Shown here one piece after another: positions 55,457-64,000 of a DNA stretch of 64,000 nt. This stretch comes from Candidatus Cloacimonadota bacterium (lineage in GTDB: Bacteria > Cloacimonadota > Cloacimonadia > Cloacimonadales > Cloacimonadaceae), in assembly GCA_028706475.1 (NCBI GenBank), contig JAQWBI010000002.1, positions 19,123 to 83,122 of the forward strand. Direction: 5' to 3'. The notes under the pieces are model-generated. The model made no database searches. It saw nothing but the letters and a program-made list of their open reading frames with translations, and had not been told where the DNA came from. Both the position numbers and the translations under genes were made by a program. Each line of letters begins with the position of its first letter. The stretch's first letter is position 1.

Positions 55457-55484
55457 TTGACAATATGTGAAAGCCAGATAATAT
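55457..55484 (+). promoter_or_regulatory. sigma70-like promoter of the histidine kinase gene
   Basis: TTGACA (55457-55462), 16-nt spacer, TAATAT (55479-55484), 27 nt upstream of the ATG. Confidence 0.5.
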
Positions 55485-55510
55485 GAAGCTTAATGTAAAA
55501 GAATGGAAAA

Positions 55511-56668
55511 ATGATGAACAAAACCGGCAGGAAGTTTCAGCAAGCAACTTCGATACAAGAGGCTAATCCAGAGTATCTGCCAAACCTGATGCATAATCTA
55601 CCAGGTATGGCATATCGTTGTATAAACGATTCCAAATGGTCGATGCTCTTTATCTCGGAAGGTTGTGCGGATATAACCGGGTATCCCGCCAGGGATCTTT
55701 TGTGTAATGCTACTGTGAGTTATGCGAGTTTGATTCATCCGGATGATTTGGAAAAAGTGAGTGATGCAGTGGCGGAAGCAGTGAAAAAACATACGCAGTT
55801 TCAGGTGGAATACCGCATTTACAATAGCAACCATGAAATTCGCTGGGTATGGGAAAAGGGTAATGCAGTTTACGACAAGCACCACAATCCAGTATATCTG
55901 GAAGGCTTCATTTTGGATATCACGGTCCGCCGTAAAGCAGAGGAAGACCTGAAACAGGCTGCTGAGGATCTTGCTGAACTGAACGCTACGAAAGATCGCT
56001 TTTTTTCGCTATTGGCGCATGACTTGCAGAATCCAGTTTACGCCATCATCTCGCTCTCGGAATTTGTAGCTGAAAACTTCAGTATCTTTGGCCAGGCTGA
56101 GGTTAAGGAAGCTCTTTTGCAGGTACACAATGCCGCCCGGGGAATTTACACTTTATTGGAAAACCTTTTAGATTGGGCCAGATTGCAAACCGGCAAGATA
56201 GTGTGTCAAAAAGAGTATGTGTCCATGATTAAAACCGTGAACTACGCTTTGGATCACTATCGAAAAGCCGCCACCCAAAAAGGGATAGAACTGGAATTTG
56301 TATATGATGAAGATGTGATGTTAGAGACGGATTTGAAGTTACTCTCATCGATCTTGCGCAATCTGATCTCCAACAGCATCAAGTATTCGTACCCGAAAAG
56401 CACAGTATGCGTGCGTATGCAAAAGCAGCCAAATGGCCTGGAGCTATGTGTGGCAGATCACGGGATTGGTATTTCACGGCGTCATTTACCCAAGCTCTTC
56501 AAATTGGATAACGATCTAAGGCAGTATGGCACAGCTAATGAATCAGGCAGTGGTTTAGGATTGATATTGGTGGACAATTTTGCCCGTCTGTTGGGGGCAA
56601 GTGTTAGCGTGGAAAGCAAGCTAAACAAAGGCAGCAAGTTTTATCTCCGGTTCTCGGAGAGAATTTGA
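55511..56668 (+). CDS. PAS-domain sensor histidine kinase (no cognate response regulator adjacent)
   Basis: 385 aa. PAS/PAC (EYRIYNSNHEIRWVWEKG), H-box FFSLLAHDLQNP, N-box NLISNSIKY and G-box GSGLGL. Confidence 0.85.
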   Translation: MMNKTGRKFQQATSIQEANPEYLPNLMHNLPGMAYRCINDSKWSMLFISEGCADITGYPARDLLCNATVSYASLIHPDDLEKVSDAVAEAVKKHTQFQVEYRIYNSNHEIRWVWEKGNAVYDKHHNPVYLEGFILDITVRRKAEEDLKQAAEDLAELNATKDRFFSLLAHDLQNPVYAIISLSEFVAENFSIFGQAEVKEALLQVHNAARGIYTLLENLLDWARLQTGKIVCQKEYVSMIKTVNYALDHYRKAATQKGIELEFVYDEDVMLETDLKLLSSILRNLISNSIKYSYPKSTVCVRMQKQPNGLELCVADHGIGISRRHLPKLFKLDNDLRQYGTANESGSGLGLILVDNFARLLGASVSVESKLNKGSKFYLRFSERI

Positions 56669-56725
56669 TTGACTCCAAGACAGGGTTCAAAAAGTATGAC
56701 TTTTACAATATAACCATGGTAGGAT

Positions 56726-57199
56726 ATGAACGCTTTATTCAAACCAGAATTAGTGCGCATCGTTGATGCGTTTCAAAGTAAGAGTGACTGTCTGAATTAT
56801 ATGGCATGCTTATTGTCAGCCAGCGGTTGTCTCAGCTTTCCGGATCGCTATTTAGCGGCAGTTAAGGGCCGCGAAGAAATCATGAGCACAGGTATCGGCA
56901 AGGGAGTAGCCATCCCACATGCCAGGGATCTCACAGTAGAATGCCTTCGCATCGCTGTATGTATGATTTCCCAGGCGCTGGATTTCAATTCTGTGGATAG
57001 CGAACCTGTCAATTTGGTGTTTATGATAGCGGTTCCGCAGAACTCTAATCAGGAGTATATGAAAATCTTGCGCAATTTGTCTGAGTATTTGCGCACAGAA
57101 GAGAATCGAGCCACACTACTGGGAGCAAACTCAGATTGGGAGTTGTACAATTATGTTCACAAGATTGAAGATAGCATTATCGCTTCTCTTGCTGATTAG
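56726..57199 (+). CDS. ptsN: PTS EIIA-Ntr type protein (PtsN-like)
   Basis: 157 aa. Active-site region GIGKGVAIPHAR. Confidence 0.75.
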   Translation: MNALFKPELVRIVDAFQSKSDCLNYMACLLSASGCLSFPDRYLAAVKGREEIMSTGIGKGVAIPHARDLTVECLRIAVCMISQALDFNSVDSEPVNLVFMIAVPQNSNQEYMKILRNLSEYLRTEENRATLLGANSDWELYNYVHKIEDSIIASLAD

Positions 57200-58112
57200 T
57201 CTGGTGCCCTTAGCGGCACAGAGTGATGACGCTGGCAGCACGGGCTTTGATACCCTGAAACTAATCTATGGTGCGCGTACTGCCTCGATGGGCGGTGCGG
57301 GTCTGGGCTTGCCATCCAATCAGGAAGCGCAGAATCTGAATCCCGCTGCAATTCTGCGGGCTCCAAATCATGGGATAAGCAGCACTTTTCTGGATCACTT
57401 GGTGGGTAGTGCCGGCGGAGCGATTCATTATGTATATCCCAAAAACATATATGAAGCTTATGGTGCAAGCCTGATGTACTGGAATAGCGGCCAGATGGAC
57501 CGCACAGAGATCAGCAGTTCGGGCGATCTGATCGAGACTGGAGAAAGCTTTGGGGCCAGCAGCATAGTCGCTGGGGTTTCGGCGGCACGCTTCATTAGTC
57601 CTGCCCTGGATATCGGCGGAAGCCTGAAGATGATCTACGACAGCATCGACGGCCATTCTGCCTCCGCAGTGACGGTGGACATGGGGATTCTGCATCATAC
57701 GGCAAATCCCAATATCAAAGTAGGTTTGGCGGTGCGTAATCTGGGATTTCAGAGCTCATATTACAGCAACACCAAGTTCAAAGAACATCTACCGCTCAGT
57801 TATGGTGCTGGTATTTCCATAAAGCTGATGCCGAAGCTGGACACAGCATTGGATCTGGGTAAGGTAAGCGGGGACAAATTTGGGGTGAAAGTGGGCATTG
57901 ATTTTGCGCTCAATTCAGCTTTATCACTAAGGGGAGGCTTCAAGAGCAACGCCGCGGATTACAATATGGGTGGTCTGGCAGGCATAACTGGCGGAGGAAG
58001 CTTGGGATTGGGCTGGAAGATACGCAATTTTAACCTGGATTACGCCGTGGAATCGTACGGGGATCTGGGTATCACCAATCAACTGAGTTTGAGATACAAT
58101 TTTTCTAACTGA
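57153..58112 (+). CDS. PorV/PorQ-family outer-membrane beta-barrel protein (T9SS-associated)
   Basis: 319 aa. Signal peptide, then GARTASMGGAGLGLPSNQEAQNLNPAAIL, which is typical of the PorV/PorQ N-terminus. Alternating beta-strand pattern with a terminal aromatic residue (YNFSN). Confidence 0.6.
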   Translation: MFTRLKIALSLLLLISLVPLAAQSDDAGSTGFDTLKLIYGARTASMGGAGLGLPSNQEAQNLNPAAILRAPNHGISSTFLDHLVGSAGGAIHYVYPKNIYEAYGASLMYWNSGQMDRTEISSSGDLIETGESFGASSIVAGVSAARFISPALDIGGSLKMIYDSIDGHSASAVTVDMGILHHTANPNIKVGLAVRNLGFQSSYYSNTKFKEHLPLSYGAGISIKLMPKLDTALDLGKVSGDKFGVKVGIDFALNSALSLRGGFKSNAADYNMGGLAGITGGGSLGLGWKIRNFNLDYAVESYGDLGITNQLSLRYNFSN

Positions 58113-58126
58113 TACAGGTATGTATT

Positions 58127-60229
58127 TTGCACAGCTTTTTATTTGAACTGGGAATTGAAGAACTGCCGGATAGTGTAATAGTGCCTGCCATCAACAGTAT
58201 CAAGCTATCTTTCGAAAAAATGCTTTCAGAGCAAAATCTGGATCATGGGGAAATCCGCATAGGCTCCACACCGCGTCGACTTGCCATATCTGCCGCCGGC
58301 CTTCCGGAAAAGCAAGCGGATGTGGAGATCTGTAAAACGGGTCCATCTGTGACTATCGCATACGATGACAAAGGAAACCTCAGCAAAGCCGGTATGGGTT
58401 TTGTACGCAAATGCGGTGCGGCAGAACAGGATGTCTTTGTGCAAAAGACGGAGAAAGGCGAGTTTATCGCGGTTAGCTTTGTGCAAAAAGGCATGCAGTG
58501 CAGGGAAATCCTGCGGGATTGGATTCCAGAAGCCATCAGCCAGATTCCCTTGCCTAAAAAGATGATCTGGAAAAGCAAGAGCTTGGCTTTTTCCCGTCCC
58601 ATCCGCTGGATCGTAGCTTTGTGGGATACTCAGATCATAGATTTGGATTTTCATGGCATCAGCTCCGGCAGAACCAGCTTTGGAAACCGCTATCTGGGAC
58701 TGGATATAAGCATCGAAATCCAAAGTGCTGCAGACTATGAAGGCGCTATGACCTCTGGTTGTGTGATCGTGGATCGGGAGAAACGTCGCTCCATGATAAC
58801 CGATCAATTCTCCACCCTGTTTACAGATGGCAGTCTCATGGTAAAACCGGATGAGCGGTTGCTGGAAACGGTATGTAATCTGGTGGAGTATCCCTGGGCA
58901 GTGATAGCGGAATTTGATGCCTCCTTTTTAAAACTTCCGGAGAGAATCATCACTTCTACAATCAGCCAAAATCAAAAATACTTCTCTGTGTATGGCGCTG
59001 ATGGAGCTTTGAGCAACAAATTTGTCTTCATCTCAAACGGAGATCCCAAACAAAGTGAAATCATCAAAGCCGGGAATGAGAAAGTGGTGGCAGCAAGGCT
59101 GGAAGACGCTCTGTGGTTTTTTGAGGAAGATTGCAAGCGTGGTCTGGATGCATTTGTACCCCATCTGACAGAGGTGGTATTTCAATCACAACTGAGCACA
59201 ATGGCAGACAAAACCAATCGAATCCTGGCAATAAGCGAGTATCTTTGCTGCGAATTGAGTTATGATGATGCACAAAAGATTAAGGTAATGAGAACCGCTC
59301 AACTGTGTAAGGCAGATCTTTTGAGCTTGATGCTGGGGGAAAAGGAATTTGCCAAGCTTCAGGGTTATATGGGCATGCACTATGCTCTGGTTGCTGGCGA
59401 GGATCCGGAAGTGGCTCAAGGCATCTACGAGCACTATATGCCCCGGGGCAGCAACGACAGCCTGCCGCAGAGCGTTTGCGGTGCTATATGTGCGGTGGCG
59501 GATAAATTGGATACGGTATGTGGGATTATCGGAGTGGGGCTGATGCCCACGGGAAGCGCTGATCCTTTTGCCTTGCGCAGAGCAGCCGGAGGCTTGGTTC
59601 AGATAGTTGCCGACCGGGCTTGGGATATAGATCTGGAACACTTGATTGACTTTGCTTTCGATATCTTGTCCACAAACAAGGTGCAGCTTAAACCAGGCAG
59701 CAAGGACAATTGTAAGAGCTTTTTTGCCCAGCGTGTAAACTGGTTATTGAAAGAACTGGGCATCGCCTATGATACCGTGGCCAGCGTTTGTGTGGCAGGA
59801 TTTGCGCGTTTACCTCATCTGATAGCCAAGGCTCGTGCTTTGGAGGAATTGAGGCAGGACAGCAGTTTTGTTAAATTGGTTATTGGCTTCAAACGTGTAT
59901 CGAACATCATAGAAAGAGAAACAGGACTGGCAACCGCAGATCCTGCACTCTTTGAAAGTGAAGCCGAACGCGATCTATACGATGGATTGAGCAGCCTAAG
60001 TAAAAATATCGGAGAGGCCCTTTTGCATCTGGATTATCCGGGTGCACTATTGGAACTGGTGGACTTTGGCGAAAAAATCGACGCTTTCTTCGATAATGTG
60101 TTGGTAAATTGCGAAGATCCTATCCTCAGGCAAAACCGGCACAAGCTCCTGGCTGCCATCCGTGCGGAGTTTATAAAAGTAGCTGATCTCTCTTTGATAG
60201 TAGTAGATTCCGATAAAAATGGAGAATAA
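58127..60229 (+). CDS. glyS: glycine--tRNA ligase beta subunit
   Basis: 700 aa. N-terminal FLFELGIEELP, colinear GlyS motifs and a C-terminal anticodon-binding domain. Apparent TTG start. Confidence 0.9.
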   Translation: MHSFLFELGIEELPDSVIVPAINSIKLSFEKMLSEQNLDHGEIRIGSTPRRLAISAAGLPEKQADVEICKTGPSVTIAYDDKGNLSKAGMGFVRKCGAAEQDVFVQKTEKGEFIAVSFVQKGMQCREILRDWIPEAISQIPLPKKMIWKSKSLAFSRPIRWIVALWDTQIIDLDFHGISSGRTSFGNRYLGLDISIEIQSAADYEGAMTSGCVIVDREKRRSMITDQFSTLFTDGSLMVKPDERLLETVCNLVEYPWAVIAEFDASFLKLPERIITSTISQNQKYFSVYGADGALSNKFVFISNGDPKQSEIIKAGNEKVVAARLEDALWFFEEDCKRGLDAFVPHLTEVVFQSQLSTMADKTNRILAISEYLCCELSYDDAQKIKVMRTAQLCKADLLSLMLGEKEFAKLQGYMGMHYALVAGEDPEVAQGIYEHYMPRGSNDSLPQSVCGAICAVADKLDTVCGIIGVGLMPTGSADPFALRRAAGGLVQIVADRAWDIDLEHLIDFAFDILSTNKVQLKPGSKDNCKSFFAQRVNWLLKELGIAYDTVASVCVAGFARLPHLIAKARALEELRQDSSFVKLVIGFKRVSNIIERETGLATADPALFESEAERDLYDGLSSLSKNIGEALLHLDYPGALLELVDFGEKIDAFFDNVLVNCEDPILRQNRHKLLAAIRAEFIKVADLSLIVVDSDKNGE

Positions 60230-61222
60230 ATGCACATCTTGGAAACTTTGAAAAGAAGAGCAACCGCCATCGGCGGAAGCATTGTACTACCCGAATCCCA
60301 CGACCAAAGAACTCTGGCCGCCGCTGCAAGTCTGGCCGGACAGAAGATTGCCAGAGTAATCCTCTTGGGCGAACCAGCCGAAGTGACAAACAATGCCGCT
60401 CAATTGGGAGCGGACATCTCCTCTTGCACAATCATAAATCCAGTGAAAAGTACTGAATTGGAGGATTTTGCCGAGACCTTCCATCAGCGGCGCAAAGAAA
60501 AGGGCGTCAGCAAGGAACAAGCCTTGGAAACCATGAAGAATCCGCTGTATTTTGGTGCGATGATGGTAAAAAAGGGACTGGCGGGAGGAATGGTGGCTGG
60601 TGCGGCCAACACCACTGCGGACGTATTGCGTGCCGCTTTGCAGGTGGTGGGCGTGATGCCGGGGCTGAAAACAGTATCTTCTACCTTTATAATGGTATCA
60701 CCGCGCGCGGGTGATCCCACGTATTTATTTGCGGATTGCGCCGTAGTACCAAATCCCGATTCTGAACAATTGGCAGATATTGCCAACTCCACTGCAATCA
60801 CTCGACGTTCAATCTTGGGTGATGAGCCTTTTGTGGCGCTGCTCTCTTTCTCCACAAAGGGTAGTGCCGATCATGAGCTAGCGGAGAAAGTACGCGTAGC
60901 AAAGTCAATCTTGGATGCCCGAAAAGTGGATTTTGCTTATGATGGAGAACTCCAATTGGATGCGGCAATAGTTCCAAAGATAGCGAAGTCCAAAGCTCCA
61001 GACAGCAGTGTAGCGGGGCATGCAAACACTTTGGTATTTCCGGATCTGCAAGCCGGGAATATCGGTTACAAATTGGTTCAGCGATTGGGAGGCTACGAAG
61101 CAATAGGCCCCATCATACAAGGTCTGGCTGCTCCCATATGTGATCTTTCTCGCGGCTGTTCCGCCGAGGATATAGTGAATACAGCCATTCTTGTGTTATT
61201 GATGGCGAAAAATTTAAAATAG
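60230..61222 (+). CDS. pta: phosphate acetyltransferase (short form)
   Basis: 330 aa. IVLPESHDQRTL, GMVAGAANTTADVLR, and the SFST(K)GS and GNIGYK motifs. Confidence 0.8.
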   Translation: MHILETLKRRATAIGGSIVLPESHDQRTLAAAASLAGQKIARVILLGEPAEVTNNAAQLGADISSCTIINPVKSTELEDFAETFHQRRKEKGVSKEQALETMKNPLYFGAMMVKKGLAGGMVAGAANTTADVLRAALQVVGVMPGLKTVSSTFIMVSPRAGDPTYLFADCAVVPNPDSEQLADIANSTAITRRSILGDEPFVALLSFSTKGSADHELAEKVRVAKSILDARKVDFAYDGELQLDAAIVPKIAKSKAPDSSVAGHANTLVFPDLQAGNIGYKLVQRLGGYEAIGPIIQGLAAPICDLSRGCSAEDIVNTAILVLLMAKNLK

Positions 61223-61237
61223 ATATAGGGGGAACAG

Positions 61238-62440
61238 ATGGCCATCAAGCTATCCAACCGCACCAAATTGATCAAACCCTCGCCTACTTTGAGTTTATCA
61301 GCCAAGGCTACGCAGATGAGGCAGGCGGGAATCGATGTTGTGAACTTCGGAGTGGGAGAGCCGGATTTTAATACTCCCGATTACATCAAGGCATCAGCTC
61401 ACAAAGCTATTGATGCAAACTTCACGCGCTATACTGCAAATGCTGGAATCATGGAGCTGCGGGAAGCTATTTGCGCCAAGCTAAAACGCGATAATGGTTT
61501 GGACTATACTCCCAAGGATATTTTAGTGTCTCCGGGAGCTAAAGCATCTATATTGAACGTATTGATTGCAACATGCGATACTCATGACCAGGTGTTGATT
61601 CCGATGCCTTATTGGGTATCTTATCCGTATCAAACTATGATGGCCGATGCAGTTCCGGTTTACATCCCCACCGAAGCCTCCGAGGGATTCAAGATGCGCC
61701 CGGAAGCTTTGCAAAAAGCCATTGAGGACAGCCCCTGTGCCAAGGTATTGATATTAAATTCACCGGGCAATCCCACTGGAGCGGTTTATAACCGCAAGGA
61801 ACTGGAAACAATCGCCGATATCTGCATCAAAAACAACATCCTGATTATCTCGGACGAGATCTACGAAAGATTGGTGTACGACGATGTGGAACACATATCA
61901 ATTGCTTCAATCAGCCCAGAAGCCAAAGATCATACAGTGATCGTGAACGGCGTATCCAAGGCATACGCGATGACAGGATGGAGATTGGGTTATGCCGCAG
62001 GTCCTACACATATTATCGGCGCTGCTGGCAGAGTGCAGGAGCATAGTACATCCTGCGTGAATTCCATCACCCAAAAGGCATGCGTCACAGCCTTAAATGA
62101 GGAAGACAATTCCATTGAAAATATGCGCAAGGAATTTAGCAAACGCAGAGATTACCTCTATGATATGTTGATGAAGATCCCGCACATCTTGTGCAAAAAA
62201 CCACAAGGTGCTTTTTACATAATGCCGGATATCAGTTGGTATCTGGAAAACAACCATTTGGGCATGAATACCGCTGCTCAATTCTGTAATGCGCTGTTGG
62301 AAAAGCACCATGTAGCGATGGTGGACGGCGGATCTTTTGGAGTATCGGGGACCGTGCGTTTTTCTTATGCGAACAGTATGGAAAACCTAAGCAAGGGCGT
62401 AAACCGCTTTAGCGATTTTCTCAAGGAGATTAGTTCATGA
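61238..62440 (+). CDS. PLP-dependent aminotransferase, class I (aspartate aminotransferase-like)
   Basis: 400 aa. GEPDF, NSPGNPTG, and SKAYAMTGWRLGY with the PLP lysine. Confidence 0.85.
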   Translation: MAIKLSNRTKLIKPSPTLSLSAKATQMRQAGIDVVNFGVGEPDFNTPDYIKASAHKAIDANFTRYTANAGIMELREAICAKLKRDNGLDYTPKDILVSPGAKASILNVLIATCDTHDQVLIPMPYWVSYPYQTMMADAVPVYIPTEASEGFKMRPEALQKAIEDSPCAKVLILNSPGNPTGAVYNRKELETIADICIKNNILIISDEIYERLVYDDVEHISIASISPEAKDHTVIVNGVSKAYAMTGWRLGYAAGPTHIIGAAGRVQEHSTSCVNSITQKACVTALNEEDNSIENMRKEFSKRRDYLYDMLMKIPHILCKKPQGAFYIMPDISWYLENNHLGMNTAAQFCNALLEKHHVAMVDGGSFGVSGTVRFSYANSMENLSKGVNRFSDFLKEISS

Positions 62441-62667
62441 ACGATCTGAACGATAAGATCGAAGAACGTTGGCGCAGCCGCCGTAAAAAGGGCTACAACT
62501 GGCCTCGTCTGATAGTCATGCTGTTGGTATTGGTAGCATTGATCTATGCGATGACTGTGTTGAAGCGAATGGGCGGAAATCAGCAAATGATCATGAGTGC
62601 TGAACGTGATTCTGTCGAAACCGGATTGGATATGCCAGAGCCAAGTGGTATGGAGCAGAATCCTTGA
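62437..62667 (+). CDS. small hypothetical single-TM protein
   Basis: 76 aa with 4-nt overlaps to both neighbours, suggesting translational coupling. One TM helix (LIVMLLVLVALIYAMTV). Confidence 0.4.
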   Translation: MNDLNDKIEERWRSRRKKGYNWPRLIVMLLVLVALIYAMTVLKRMGGNQQMIMSAERDSVETGLDMPEPSGMEQNP

Positions 62668-63557
62668 GCCTGGTAATAGTGGGATCCGTCGGACTGGATA
62701 CCATCAGCACGCCCTCCGGAACTGTGGTGGACGCAATCGGAGGCTCGGCGGTGTACGGCTCCATTTCCGCATCATATTTCACTAATGTGAAACTGATTGG
62801 CGTGGTGGGAAGCGATTATCCTGCATCGGCAATCCAAGTGCTACAGCGTCATGGTGTGGATTTGGATGGTTTGGAGCGGGCTAAAGGAAAAACCTTCCGC
62901 TGGACCGGAGAGTATCATGATCTGAATAAGGCGGAAACACTACTTACAGAGCTTAATGTTTTTGCGGATTTTGTGCCCCGTCTGCCCGAGAGTTGCATCA
63001 GTTGCCACTCTCTGCTCCTCGCAAACATACATCCGAATCTGCAATTGCAGGTTTTGGAAAAGACACAATCCTACAATCACGTGGCCTGTGACACCATGAA
63101 TTTTTGGATCGAAGGCTGCCCGGACGAGCTGGCTGAAGTAGTATCCCGCGTACAGATTGTATTTATGAACGAAGACGAACTAAGAGCTTTCAGCAAGGAA
63201 AACAATGTTTTCAGCGCTGCAAAAGTAATACTGGACATGGGGCCAAAGCTGGTACTGGTAAAAAGAGGAGAATACGGCAGCGTTGCCATCACGAAGGACT
63301 ATATCTGTTTTGCCCCTGCATACCCAATCCCAGAAGTAAAAGATCCCACTGGGGCAGGCGACACATTTGCCGGAGCTTTTATGGCCTGTCTTCAGGATCA
63401 TCTGGATCTCACGGAGACAGCTATTAAAGAAGCACTCAGATACGCAACAGTGATGGCTGCGTTAAATGTCAGCGAATTCAGCGTTGACGGGATTCTGGAC
63501 ATCTCAAGAGAAACAATCGACAAATACAAGGAAAACTTATGCCGGATGACCGTATAG
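62664..63557 (+). CDS. PfkB-family sugar/nucleoside kinase
   Basis: 297 aa. Contains the C-terminal DPTGAGDTFAGAF motif. Confidence 0.8.
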   Translation: MSLVIVGSVGLDTISTPSGTVVDAIGGSAVYGSISASYFTNVKLIGVVGSDYPASAIQVLQRHGVDLDGLERAKGKTFRWTGEYHDLNKAETLLTELNVFADFVPRLPESCISCHSLLLANIHPNLQLQVLEKTQSYNHVACDTMNFWIEGCPDELAEVVSRVQIVFMNEDELRAFSKENNVFSAAKVILDMGPKLVLVKRGEYGSVAITKDYICFAPAYPIPEVKDPTGAGDTFAGAFMACLQDHLDLTETAIKEALRYATVMAALNVSEFSVDGILDISRETIDKYKENLCRMTV

Positions 63558-64000
63558 AACCCATTGATTACAAACAAGCCGGAGTCGATATTGAAGCTGG
63601 CGAAAGAGCTGTGAAGAAGATCAAGGACAAGGTTCGCACTACCTTCAACGCCAATGTGTTGAGCGAACTGGGAAGCTTTGGTGGCCTGTATAGAATCGAT
63701 GAATCCTGGAATAAACCGATCCTGGTGTCCAGCACCGATGGAGTGGGAACCAAGCTTCTGGTGGCGATTCAAGCCGGGATTTTTGACACAGTTGGGCAAG
63801 ACTTGGTAAACCACTGTGTGAATGATATCCTGGTTCAGGGTGCCACTCCACTGTTCTTTCTGGATTACATTGGAGTGGGCAAGCTCTCGGTGGACAACAT
63901 CTCTCTACTGATAGATGGTTTCGTAAAAGCCTGCAAGGATAACTCATGCGCTCTTATCGGTGGTGAGATGGCAGAAATGCCGGGCCTGTATCAGCCGGGT
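63539..64000 (+). CDS. purM: phosphoribosylformylglycinamidine cyclo-ligase (AIR synthetase), N-terminal part; continues beyond the window
   Basis: Not in the ORF track because it is open at the edge. Own translation from the ATG at 63539: MPDDRIEPIDYKQAGVDIEAGERAVKKIK...SSTDGVGTKLLVA...DLVNHCVNDILVQGA.PLFFLDY...GGEMAEMPG. Confidence 0.9.
   Translation, partial: MPDDRIEPIDYKQAGVDIEAGERAVKKIKDKVRTTFNANVLSELGSFGGLYRIDESWNKPILVSSTDGVGTKLLVAIQAGIFDTVGQDLVNHCVNDILVQGATPLFFLDYIGVGKLSVDNISLLIDGFVKACKDNSCALIGGEMAEMPGLYQPG

Noticed and set aside
1-64000. tRNA, rRNA or tmRNA genes, integrases or transposases, and prophage or genomic-island boundaries.
   Set aside because: Scanning by eye found no T-loop/acceptor signatures (GGTTCGAATCC-type), no rRNA-like segments and no recombinase motifs in the gaps or ORFs. 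A proper tRNAscan or Infernal run would be needed for certainty.

Overview
64 kb chromosomal window, close to 90% coding, apparently from an anaerobic amino-acid-fermenting bacterium. Lysine-fermentation genes, Fhs, Pta, rubrerythrin/desulfoferrodoxin, T9SS-type C-terminal sorting domains and a PorV-like protein suggest an FCB-group or Cloacimonadota-like organism; this taxonomic guess is inference only. I support about 60 protein genes. Three are absent from the ORF track: a 46-aa rubredoxin, an edge-truncated rseP and an edge-truncated purM. There is also one RNase P RNA gene (rnpB, minus strand, about 9334-9693). I found no tRNA, rRNA, CRISPR array, transposase, integrase, phage gene or recognisable defence island. 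The most unusual signal is non-coding: a modular repeat family occupying four of the six divergent promoter gaps. Module A is an imperfect 65-80 nt palindrome carrying four GATGATA-like sites. Module B is a GTAG-plus-hairpin unit, and module C is a roughly 90-110 nt unit. All three stack in the 915-bp gap between a hypothetical membrane protein and a SWIM-SNF2 helicase. The second lead concerns the lysine-fermentation genes, which are split: kamDE at 1.2-3.5 kb and kdd-kamA at 45.8-48.2 kb. An uncharacterised P-loop protein is coupled to kamA and an orphan MutS-domain-V ATPase sits elsewhere; both are candidates for the genetically undefined 5,6-aminomutase reactivase. Function calls rest on motif and family recognition by eye, with no database search run. 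Several starts were moved from the ORF-track coordinates using RBS or signal-peptide evidence.
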